Of a stretch of 64,000 nucleotides of DNA, positions 52,201 through 64,000 are shown one piece after another (position 1 is the first letter of the stretch; every line of letters starts with the position of its first letter). This DNA is from Sphagnum compactum (lineage: Eukaryota): assembly GCA_965153455.1 (NCBI GenBank), contig OZ234493.1, positions 33,470,213-33,534,212 on the forward strand. The letters are read 5' to 3'. The notes under the pieces are model-generated. The model saw nothing but the letters and a program-made list of their open reading frames with translations. It made no database searches and was not told where the DNA came from. The position numbers and the translations under genes are program-made.

Positions 52201-54677
52201 GTCAGTTTCAATCATTAAGCAATCCTTAAAAACTTCTAAACAAAATATTCTAAAGAAGAGAGGTGAAGGTGTTGAAATCCTCGATAAATTCACATCTCAA
52301 AGTGATGAAATATGTAGACACTTTGCAATGAAATTTGGAGATGTATCAAAGTTTGCATCACCCTTTTGTGTAGCAAAATTCTCAAGCATTTACTCATTAA
52401 GAAGCTCATTATATTCATTAAGAGGGAGAGAGACTACTAAGGCTTCATCAACACATGTCCTCTTGCTCCATGGAGGGTGTATTATATCTCAAACGAACTT
52501 CACAAGAAATTTTGAGTTTTCATCAACAGTTTTTAAAAAAATTTATGATACTTTTTGAAAAGATAATTGATTTTCAAAAATAATAATTAATCATTTTTTT
52601 AATGTGCTGAACCTGATCCTAACCTATAGTAAGTTTGATCTAAGATGGGAAGATGAAAGAGGTTTTAGCAAGAAATTGAGAGTTAGTCCAAAATAGTGAA
52701 CACAATATAACTTTGGTCTACAGTACACTTAGTGTACGTGAGGATACAAAGGATACAAAGGGCAGGAACATAAGGATACATGTAGGGTAATGAGGATACA
52801 AAGGATATTGTTTTTCAGGTAAAGTCAAAATGGGGATGCAGAAAAAATCACATGGAAAGCCTACGAAGAGACATTAACTAACTTTTAATGTATTGACTCA
52901 AATTGGTCTAACCATGGGCATAATAACTCAATTTGAATTCATTACGTATTTGAATCTTGTGATTTACTTTTGTTTAAGAAGGACCAAGATTATGTGTCGA
53001 ATTAAGTGTCAGTGTTTGGGCAATTGAAAACTAAAACATTGTGAGGTTTAATTTTGTTACAATGGTGGCCCCTTTTTGGGGTGGGGGAGTTGGAATTCTG
53101 TTTTGAGAATAAAAATTTGAATTGAAAAAAAATTTGATTTAAATTGATTTGTTTAGGAAGAAATTTTTTGATTTGAATTCTCAAATGACTTGATTTGAAT
53201 CAAATTTAAGAAAATAAAAAAACCAATCATTTCCATCAAGCCCGTAGAGACCCGAGACAATTGAGAGTTGGAGTAAATTGTCACCTTCTACACCATAATC
53301 AAATCCAACCCTTCGTTGGCCCCTTGAGATGGTTACAACTTCCATACCAATACCACAGAAGAAAGAAGACAATAGGCTTTTTGGTATGAAAAGTGAATTA
53401 CTCCTATTACACCTAATCTTATTCGTAACCCTCTTAAAATACCATAGAGTGAGAGAATCCATTAAATGTCACAACAGTAGACCAAAAAAACATTTGGCTT
53501 GTTGATGGAACAAAGCTAAGGGAGTCACCCATGTTACAACTTGAGTTTATTGAAGAACCAAACTTCACAAAGCACACACAGGAGAACAGAAGGTAAGAAA
53601 TCCAAGGAAGAAAGTCAAAGCTAAACACTAAACTGATTAGTCCTTTCTTTCACACTGGCTGTACAGTGACATGAAGCTCAGTTCGCCTCATACATTATTC
53701 AAGCAGGGAGCTTTATATGTACTGTACTGTACTGTAGTGTACTACTTGGCTGCATGAACAGTCTGTATAATTGACATCTCTCATTAACTAACATACAGAA
53801 GAGTAATATAATCCTCTGCTAAAATATTTCATCTTGCGTGTTTCCACTGAGAATCGTGATCTAACCAAAGTGAAATTGCTGGTTTCATTAACAGCTGGAT
53901 TCATAGTTGAAAAGGAAAACTTCAGACAGCCATACCATTGATGGAGTAGGAAGCTCACAACCATCTGCAAACAGCTGATAGTGTGCGATTGCATCCCACC
54001 TCAGGCTGTGTACCAAGGGTGTTCAAGGAAGATGGGCACAACCTCATCTGCACCCACACAAGAATTCAGTGGGAGGCTCAGTAAGCTTCCTCAGGTCTGT
54101 CACAACTTCCACATATCACAACTAAATCTTTGTAACTATCAAGAACTTCCCCACTTTAAGTCAACCTGAATAGAATTGACAGGTAACTTGACCTGATAAC
54201 AAGGTTATGGAAATTTCAGATCGATAACATATCGGCAGGCAAGAAGGAAACAAAGAAAAAACCATGAAAAAAAGAGACCCCCACACTTCAAACAGACAGA
54301 TGAGCAGAGGGGTTGAAACGGCAGCAATAGTCACAAACAATGTTTAATGACCCTCAATGTCACAACAAACAGATAAGATTTTGGATCCAAAGAGGGATGA
54401 TCAAAGGTATCTACACAAAGCCCACCAATTATCCCCTTACTTCAGATACTAACACACACATATACTTACATTCACAAGAAATGAGAACCTTGAATAGCTG
54501 TGCAAGGGTAAATATTCCTAATCACGTGACAAGATGGGCCAACAAGGATGCTCCAACCGGATAACCTGGTATCAAATCCAAACTAGATATGTTTGAGCTA
54601 GCTATAGTAAGAAGCAAAATACATCAATGGACCTGTACAGAGATTTATTGGGGAACCACCATGCATCCTCCATGTTG

Positions 54678-56495
54678 CTACCACAGATTGAAGTCTCCGA
54701 AAGTGTTTTCACCACTGTATGTAAAATACAGAAAGCCATCTTCATCCTTGTGCTCTTCATATATTGACGACATCATGGCAGCTGTGAAACATGTGAAGTG
54801 ACTCAGTACCTGACAGTGCAGTGAGACAAAAAGAGAGTACACCTCCTTGCCATCATAAATACTCCAATGGTTTAGCAGCACTCAACAACTTTGCAACTCT
54901 CACCATTTGAATCCATACCTATGAATCTCTCAGTTCTCCAACATAGCCTGCCCAAGAGAGAAGAGCTAATTTGACACCATTCATGAGGCTCAGTAGGAAC
55001 AATACCCATGTGACAGATCTGTTTACAACTCAAATTGAAAACACTTGTAACCATGTCTTAGGATAAGAACCTGTGGGAGGAAGAACATTTTTGACAAAGA
55101 TGAAAATAGCCTTCTCTGAGCTGAGCTTGATGCGCTTCCGGATAACATAAACAAATTGTCCAACTGTTAGGTCAGCTGGGACAAGATACCTGTAATGAGG
55201 GACATCAACAGTCAGACAAGCTCTTGGAGGTTTTTACACACTTGCTGTGTTATCTTCCAATATCCCAATGCAGGTTATCATTGTGATACCAAGCTACAAG
55301 GCTGTGACACAAACAAACTCCCATATAACATTCAGTTACAGTGTCCATGTGTTGCAAAGCATCTGAGAGGAACCAAACATGTTCAGTGTCAACCTCAGGT
55401 GGTATGAGCAGATTGGAAATAGGAAAGATAGACCTACTTCTTCTTGTCAATGTCTGGAATGTCACTCTTCTCTGCTTTCTCCACAATAACCTGCACAATA
55501 ATGGAAAGAGTTCAATACTACTATGACCTGCAGTGCTGCAACACAAAAAGGGTAACTCGTGAATATCCACATCTCCTGTCAATTTGCAATGCATAAGAGG
55601 TTCTGCACCAGGACGAAAAACACTGAAACACAAACCCCTGTGACAGAGAATTCTCACAAGAAAGATGGCTGAACAAAGCCATCACAACAGCTGCTGCTGC
55701 TGCTGCTGCTTCAGCTATTTGATGTATGTCTCCATTTCTCATAGAGAACAGTCATGCTAGAAGCAAATAATGTTCACTGAATGGGGTGCCTAACAAAGGA
55801 CAGTAACTCATTGCCAGTCTGAGCATTTTGATCACAATGAAGAGCAGAAACAAACCGGAATTCTGTCTGGGTACTTGTCCCTGATCCTTGCAGCCTCAGC
55901 TTGCCGTTTCTCTGATATTTCAACAAAAAGACTCAAATTAGGACACTGAACCAGCTTTCAAACCTAGCAAAAGTGCACAACTCCATTCATGCAACCAACT
56001 GAGACTCAAAGAGGTGCAACCCATCTGCCTACTAACTTTCAGATTCCTTTGCCTTCCCTGGCCTAAGATATTTAGAGTCTTACCATTTGAAACAACCATG
56101 ATTTGGTGCCATGTTGCACCAAATCTGAAGAACCTAACTGGCAGATCCCTAACAGAGATGAGAAGAACCCTCCAAAAACACACATACCGACACCAATTGC
56201 ACAAGACCAGAAAATTCCATAAAGAAGAGAAAGTGCAGTAATAATGTTTTCTCAACTCCCAGATGTGAGATTGCACTAGGCAATTGCAATATCACCAAGC
56301 AATTTGTTCAAGCAATTGCAGATGTGACATGCACTAGCCAAGAAGAGATATCACCAGGGGCTGAAACACTATGGCTGTGCCAGGAAATCCCCAAAACACA
56401 TACCCGTACAAACTATGCACAATAGAAAGAAAATATCTATTCACCAAGAACAACATACCTAATGGATGCTCCTGCTTGAAAGAGCTCTTAGCCAT
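54678..56495 (-). CDS. ATG8: Autophagy-related protein 8 (122 aa); exons 56495-56459, 55911-55856, 55490-55438, 55189-55071, 54781-54678
   Basis: Spliced: [122 protein letters not shown]. Exon lengths sum to 369 nt. Confidence 0.98.
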
Positions 56496-57400
56496 GGTAG
56501 TACTTTGTTTCACAGAACCTTTGATGTACTTGCTGCCCCGAATCCTCTGTAAGAAGTCAATGGCACAGCATACACGACCAGAATTACGGCCATATCTTAA
56601 AACAGTCACAACAAAACGCTCAATTCTCCCGGAGGGAAATCAGAAACGCTAGCAAGAGTCTCTGAGTTGCTGGAGGTCCGATCATGATCCTAGGGCATAA
56701 AAAACAGAGGGAAATTGCACAAGCAAACCCTGAAAAGAAAAAAGGAGCGAAGAAATCTGGAACTTTTTTTTGCTGAATCCTTTCCAAAGTGGACGGCTAA
56801 CAAAAAATGCTCAATTCTCAACAAAGGCACCAGAGAGACCTTTACCAAATAGCCCTAGCACATACAGGAGACGGTCATGAGCGAGAGACCATAGGTAAAC
56901 ACAAGCCGAGAACGAAATTGGAAAAGAAAGCAAGTGACAGAATTTTGGGGGGGTGGGACTTCGAAAATTTGATGGAATGTATATTGCCAAAACTTACAAC
57001 AAAGCAAGCGGATAAAAAGAAAAAAAAGCCACGGAGCGGCGGGGAGAGCACTTGGACGAGAACTCCGGCAGTCACACAACCCTGGAATTCCTCCTTTGCC
57101 TCAAACTCGTCCCAACAAAAGCAGACGAAGAAGATATGTCACTCAAAACGGCCACTGACTGATGAGTTCCACAAAGAAACAGACATACGACGTGCAATAG
57201 TTTGGTTTCTTTGCGATAAAACGGAAGGCGGAAACGCGAAACCCTTGCACGGCGATGGCGTCCGCGAGCGCGAGCGAGAGAGAAACCAGAACGACAACGG
57301 ACGACGCACGTAGAGAGGTTGCGGGAAGAAGAGGGGTACGGAAGCGAGAGAGGTTCGGCTACGTTTCTGCTTCGGTTCTCAAAAAGCGGTGACTTTCAAT

Positions 57401-57690
57401 TAGGTTCGTTCTTGCTTCGGCAAGGAAAGAGCTTGCTTCGGCAAGTAATCAGCACCAGGACTGTTCAATGCGCGTTCTAGTAAGTTCCATGAATCGTAGA
57501 ACTGAGGTTCGGAGATAGGTGAGAAAAGGGCGGCGAACTGGTAAGTAGGAAGGCTAGGTTCGGTTCTGCTTCGGCAGGTTAGAGATTGCTTCGGCAAGTA
57601 ACCAGCTCCAGGTTCAATGTACGTTCTAGTAAGTTCCATGAATCGAGCGAGGTTCGGGGATAGAGCAGAAAGGGAGAAGTGGTAGGTACG
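57401..57690. repeat. ~154-bp CpG-rich direct repeat upstream of ATG8
   Basis: TAGGTTCG...TGCTTCGGCAAGTAA.CAGC.CCAGG...CGTTCTAGTAAGTTCCATGAATCG...GAGGTTCGG at 57401 and 57555. Confidence 0.88.
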
Positions 57691-60600
57691 TAGGTAGGCA
57701 AGTAGGTTAATATTGGAATATTTAAATGAAGAAATATTTAAAATATGCAGAAATTTAAAAATAAAAAAATAGAATGAGGCATATTTAAATCAACCAAAAT
57801 ATGTAATTTTTGGGGTTTCATTTTTTTTAAAAATTTTTTTCATTTTTCCCACCATAATACTCAGTGGGTATCACAGGAATTTATTTTTTTATTAAAAAAA
57901 ACTACAAAAAATTCTACTCTATAAGGTTACCTCCAAATAATACACTAAAAAATTTTCTCCTAGGTTTTTAGTTTCTAAATTCCAATTATCAAATACTTAA
58001 TTTTGTTTTGTTGTGTTCTTTTAGAAAGTTGTTACACAACATTTATTTGTTATAATGATTTATGAATTAACAATTAACATTAGTTGTTGATAATTCAACT
58101 TTTCTAAAAGTCGCATCATTTTTTTAACATTTTGTTTCATGCAATGAAACTTGCTTTCAATCTTGACCTTTGTGTAATTTTTTTAAAATGGTATTGGTTA
58201 CCTAATATTTCTAAGTTTTTTTGCATTTTTCAAACATGGGAAACATGCTAAAAGTTTAGCAAATGATGTTATTAGAATTTTAAATTGTAAACCATGATTT
58301 TTTTATTAAGAAATCATTGGTTGAATAAAACAGTTTTCATCCATCACAAATGATTATGCACATTAATGAAAATTTTCATCCATTATGTATATTAAAATAA
58401 TTTAATAATTGACCTCTTTCAAAACTATCTAATTAACCCCTTTTCCTTTACACATCTACATGTATAGGAAAGAATTCACATAAATAATGATGAACTATTG
58501 AGAACACACAAAGGGAAAAAAAAAATGGGGGGGATTTTGCTAAGTTTGGAACCTTCACAAAAGCATTACACTCATTTTTCAAATTATTTTCATAATTACA
58601 TATTGTAGTACATTAACAAACTTGACATTAACTATATTACTTGTAGAAACGTTCAAATTTTCAAAAAATGTTGTTTTGGAGAACAAAATTTTGTGAAAAT
58701 AATAATAAAATTTATTGAAAATCTCAGAAAATTCATTTTACAACATGGAAATTTCAAAATTAATTAACTAAAGAGACATGTATTGAAGGTGCCCATGTAC
58801 TAACTATGGTATTTTGCAATTCACAAAATCCTAGCCCATTGGCCCCTTTGTTCACAAGTGTAATGTTTGATTACCACAACTTTACCTTATACATTTAAGC
58901 CCCGCACAATACAAAAGGTCATCCTTGAATTACAATCTAATTGATTAATAAATTAGAAATCCTCAAAGGTCCCAAACTTGGTTACCTATCATGTGTGATA
59001 ATCTTACCATTTTCTTAAAAATGTGCTTTAAAGCAAAGTCGTTATTGAAAAATACTAGTGTACACTATGTTTCGGTGGTGCCAAAATTTCATCGTATCTT
59101 ACCAACCTAAGGATCATGGTGGTAAGTTGCCATCAATGATAAACACACAAATCTTCAAATTTTGAAGATTTATCGTTTGTGATATTGAACTATTGATAAT
59201 TTTACTATTTGTCAATAGCCATGCTAATAATATGCGATGTAGGCTTGTTACATAGACTACTTACTAAATGGACATGAGTAGTTTGAACATCACTTCCTAA
59301 TTATCTCACTACCAATGCCACTACCCCCATTTGTGAATGACTTTTGAAAATTAATAAAATAAATTGTTGAATCTTGTGAATGACATCATGTTGTGGATTG
59401 TAAACTTCATTTTCATTTTGTTAAACATGAAATATGCACAATGAGAAAATGCATTTGATTTTTCTTGATGTTTTTTTATTAATGTGCATTCGAAACAATT
59501 TTTTTATAAAAAATGTGCACCCGTTGAACTCAATGATAATAAAACATGTATATGAAATATTAAAATTTTATATGGTTTGAATATTTAACAATTATTTGGT
59601 CACCACCTTTTAGTAGATGCTATCATTTTCAAACTAACCTTGAAAAGGATTGGCTTTCAATTCGGAAAAAAAAGAAAAAAGGCTAGAGTCTTCAAACATT
59701 GTTTGATGAAAATGGCGAAATAAATTAATAAACCTTATAAAACTTTGAATGCCACAAACAAAAGACAAGATAACTCAATTTACAATGATTGGAAATTTAT
59801 ATAATGTTGGTCCATACAAATGCCATCATTGCAAAAATTGAATAATTTTTTCTAACTTTTGAAACTAAAATAATTTTGATTTTGTGCCAAGTATACTTCT
59901 TCTTAACTTTTAAAACCAATATCATATAGGATGTTCATGTTCATTTGGATTATTTGAAAAAATGAGGGTGTCATAATTATTTTAAAAATCAGTAAATTAT
60001 CAAAATATTCAAGAACATTTCCTAAATATGTAAGACATTGATGCATATAAGGTTTAAAAACACATCACAATATACTTGATACGATGATAATTTTTCAAAA
60101 TGTTATTTTCTATTTTCCTCACTATGTCAAATGTGTATAAGCACTAGGCATTGCATGAAGGCAATCTCAGTGTAGCCTTTTACATGACCTAAAAAAAAAT
60201 TTAAATAATTTTTTTTTTGCAGATTTTTGACAATGGAAATATAATTTCAATCTACAAATAAAATTGTTATGAAAAAAAAAATGATCCCAAGTTCACCATT
60301 TTTTTTTTCTCTGAAAAAAACTCCAATTTTTTTGTAACATGCTCTAGAAAGTAGCCAAATATACAATATTTTGATTTTCATATTTAATTTAGTTGAAATT
60401 GGTCAAATTTTCTTATGAATGTTTGCCACTTTTGTTACATCACAAAATTGAATAAAATAAGAAAAAAACAAAGGTTTGGTCCTAGTAATTATTCAAGAGT
60501 TTTAGGGATCGAGGATAAAATGCAAGAACACCTCCACCCACACCCACTATTTGGTTGCCCTCTACTACCGATGGTTATTACATGCAACATAGTGTTAATT

Positions 60601-62174
60601 TTTCCAATGGTCACCCATTAACATGAAAAAAAGGACATAATAAAAGTGAGATTATATAAATGCCACCACTTGGGCCTATCATTATTATCAGCCTATTAAA
60701 AGTAGTCATTTGGTTGGCTCTTCTGCCCAAAGGAAGAGACTTAGTAGGCATCCTCATCAAAATTGAGCTCAAACTTGCCCCAATTTGAGAGCGACATCTA
60801 AAATATGATGTGCATAGATGGATGGGCAAGCTTCATAAAAGTGCATGCATCTGGATAATAAGAAGCTATAATCCAATAATAAGTGGAGTTTTTAGTTTGA
60901 AGTTTGAACCATTGTTGTCTTGTTATTGATTTCAAAAGCTACTAACCCTTTGATCTCGATTTTAACATTTCTTTAATTTATTTTTTAACATTTTTTTTTT
61001 ATGGGACTTCTGATCCAATTTTGAAACTGATTCATTGGATTTCTGAAATTTTTCAATTTTTCAGTCATCTTCATTAAATTTTTAAAAATCGGTTTGATTT
61101 AAGACAACAAACACTTTCATCTTCATTACACACAATTAAACCCAAAAAAGAAAAAGAAAAAAAGGTATAGTTTGTTTGTTCAACTAGTGCACACACTCCA
61201 AAATAAAAAAGATTATGTTAGTATTAATTATATACAAATCAATCAAAATGCAATAACTTGTTTAAAATGTATGGTCAAGTTCACACTTTTTTTCAATAAA
61301 AAATTAAGGTTATGCCCAATTTTGAAAAAAATTATTCAATTTTAATAAAATAGGGCGATTGTCTGGTTAGGTTCCAATCACGGTTGCAAGGACACTTGGA
61401 AACCATCCCCTGATAGCCAGAATCAGCAGCTGCAGATGATTCTGTCTCCGACCTTTTTGAGTTAGTGAGCTATGTACTTTTTAAGCCAATACATACCTTC
61501 GTTTTGCGGTGACCTACCAAAAATGCAGAATCAGCAGCTACAACAAATTCTGCCACCTACCTACTCAAAATACAGAAGATTCTGCCATCGAATGGAAGAG
61601 CCGCTGCAAGATTCCACTCAGAATGCGTAACGACTTGTTAGAGATTTCCCAATGCATTGATTGAGAGGACACCATAAATCCTTAAGATTCCCTCTTGATA
61701 CTGGAGGGCATCTTATGTTTCTGGGCAGGCTCTTGAAAATTTTCTATTGGCCCGTTGCTTTTTTCTTCACACATGTGACAAAGTCATTACGCACAAGAAT
61801 GGCCCTTGGATGCTGGCATTATGAGAATTCAGCACTGCCCTTGGCTGTGACTTCGGGCAGGCCACAACTTATTCCGTTAAGTTCATCCACGGGGCCTTAC
61901 CTACTACTTACCGCGGAAGATTCTGTCATGGAATGGAAGAACCCGGACCAAGGAGGAAAGAACCCTGTCCCATTTGGCAACTAGACATTACGGCTTAGAA
62001 CATGGCCTCTGAATATGCTAAGAAATTTTCTGCAGGTCTGCACACAGGTAGGTAGGTAGGAAGGTAGGTAGGTAGGTAGGAAGGTAGGAAGGTAGATAGG
62101 TCTGGGATGGGATTCTTTTTTTCGATTTTGTGAAGTAGCAAAACTGGCGATTCATCCACAAGAAGATTTAGCCA

Positions 62175-62378
62175 AATTTGGCTATAGGTCAGGGTATGAA
62201 ACTAAAACCTCTTAAGAATCCTTCACATATTTGGCTATAGACCCAGTATGAAAGTAAAAAGCTCTTAAGAATCCTTCACATATTTGGCTATAGACTCTTA
62301 AGAATCATTCACATGTTTGGCTATAGACCTGGTATGAAAGTAAAAACTCTTAAGAAGCCTTCACATATTTGGCTACAT
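62175..62378. repeat. ~54-bp tandem expansion inside a family-A repeat copy
   Basis: TTTGGCTATAGAC...TATGAAAGTAAAAA.CTCTTAAGAATCCTTCACATA repeated about four times, one unit shortened. Confidence 0.88.
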
Positions 62379-63069
62379 GCTAGACCCTAATAAAGAAATA
62401 TGGCGATTTTTTCACCCAAAAAAAATCGAAATCTGGCTACTAGAAAACAAACATAATACAATTTTTTAGCCATTTTGAAAATAATTTAGCCCAAAAAAAA
62501 GAAAAAGAACAGAAGCTGGTCTGCGTGGTGCTTCCAGAGAGAGAGAGAGATCCTCCTCATGAGCGTGGAGCCTACCAGACATCGCAGCTGCTTTTTGCTG
62601 GGGCTACTGCGATGATCGTGGACCAGCGATGGAATGGAACCAACCCTCCTTGTCTTCACGAATGCCTGATCCACAAAAGGCATCCGTGATGGCCTTTAAG
62701 AGGCTGTAGGCCATCTGGTTTTGGTTATTATTATTATGATTCTCCATTGTTTGTTTTGTGGACATAAGAACAACAAAGTTTTGGCCAAAAAAAAAAGCAA
62801 ACGAGAGACTCTCTTCTCTGAAAACGAAGAGCAGACCTCCTCTTCCAATAATGGCCAGAACTGCTGCCATGGCCATGCCTTCTTCCCTCCATATCAATAC
62901 CCCCTCTTCTGTGAGTTGGTTTTTCCTCTTCATGATCCATGATGGGGTTTTTGCAGGAATGATGAATTCTAGGGGAAAATTGGGAGATGGATTTTGCTGA
63001 ATTTGTGTTGTTTTTGTTGTTTTTTGGGAGTCTAATTATTGTTTTGGAAGAGTTGGCAATTTGGGGAAA

Positions 63070-63965
63070 ATGGGTCAGGGTACAAGCATTATTACCTCCT
63101 CCAGCTTCAAGCATCATGGCTGTTGCTGCTCCACTAGCTTTCTGACCAGCTCAACGCTTGTTGGAGTTAGTATCCCAGCTCACTTGTTAGGCAAGAATCC
63201 ATACCCATCCTTTTCTGAGGCACCCATTTCATGTTCTGGTGTTATGGATGTTAGGAAGCTGTTGCATTCTTTGCAAAGGAGGAAGTAGGGTATAAGCTCA
63301 AAGTTGATTCACAGACAGCCATGATTGAAAGACTGCTGAGAATTTGAGACTGACGTATGTATTCGGTCAGACTTTTGAATCTCTAAGTGCCAGGGGTAAG
63401 AATTGCAGGCAGTATAATTTTGTTTGAAAAATTTGTGGCATTTAGATGGTGTTGTTGATCTTTGGACATTTCCCATGCTCAGCTGATACCTATTGCAGCG
63501 AGGCTTTTTTTGGGACTAAGTCCTTGTGATGCAGAGGATGTTTGGGAACTGCAGTGAGAGGTCCTGAGCTCAATGTGAGAGTGCAGTCAAATGGGTATTC
63601 ACCCTATTGTGCCCTTCTTTTGAAGGAGCGGTGAGTGGGGTTTTTCTCCACCTTTCCTTTCTTTGTTCATTTTCATCGATGTATATATATGTACAGTTCC
63701 TTGAGGTACTGCGTTGCTACCTCAATCCTCTTTGGCCTGCAGTTTTTGGCTGTCGAAACTGCACATGGGATCACAACATGGGATCACTGCCTTCTTGGTG
63801 ATGGGTTTTCATTGCTTTGTGTTTGTCCAGCTATGGTGCAATAGCAACTCAGGGGACAGGGAGAAGATTGATGGAGGATACGTACAGTATTGTAGTTGAC
63901 CCAAAAGGAGTGGATCCTGCCTTTTTTGGGGTTTATGATGGTCATGGTGGCAATGCGGTCGCAGA
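63070..63965 (+). CDS. Protein phosphatase 2C, 5' part (continues beyond window), possible organellar transit peptide; exons 63070-63284, 63535-63630, 63831-63965
   Basis: Exon 3 encodes YGAIATQGTGRRLMEDTY...AFFGVYDGHGGNAVAE (PP2C motifs 1-2). Upstream exons join in phase 2. Ser-rich N-terminus. Confidence 0.88.
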
Positions 63966-64000
63966 GTAATTCTTGATCGTCATCTCCACTCTCATGCTCT

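Noticed and set aside
61661-61984. 107-aa plus-strand ORF in a moderately GC island
   Set aside because: Non-ATG start, no recognisable domain or splice structure.

Overview
Eukaryotic nuclear DNA from a land plant, probably a moss. Sphagnum is my guess, from spliceosomal introns, TTTAGGG telomere motifs, AT-rich decayed transposons and a plastid-type tufA insert. I can reconstruct eight protein genes. On the + strand: a 5'-truncated UBA/TS-N-like protein, a U-box/ARM E3 ligase, a GDSL lipase, a RING-FYVE-SYLF (CFS1/FYVE2-like) protein and the start of a PP2C. On the - strand: PRP38/SRL1, an unknown protein with a probable 12-nt microexon, and ATG8. Between them lie hAT and Ty3/gypsy relics, a plastid-derived tufA plus group II intron fragment, two dispersed MITE-like families, several tandem arrays and many short interstitial telomere tracts. 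The best leads are: (1) a CFS1-type autophagy adaptor fused to a RING E3 domain, with an altered ATG8-binding motif, lying tail-to-tail with ATG8; (2) the tufA NUPT; (3) telomere tracts that start at microhomologies inside repeats and introns; (4) a telomere-punctuated tandem array whose unit resembles miR408. Exon boundaries were read by eye and protein family calls are from memory; no database search was run.
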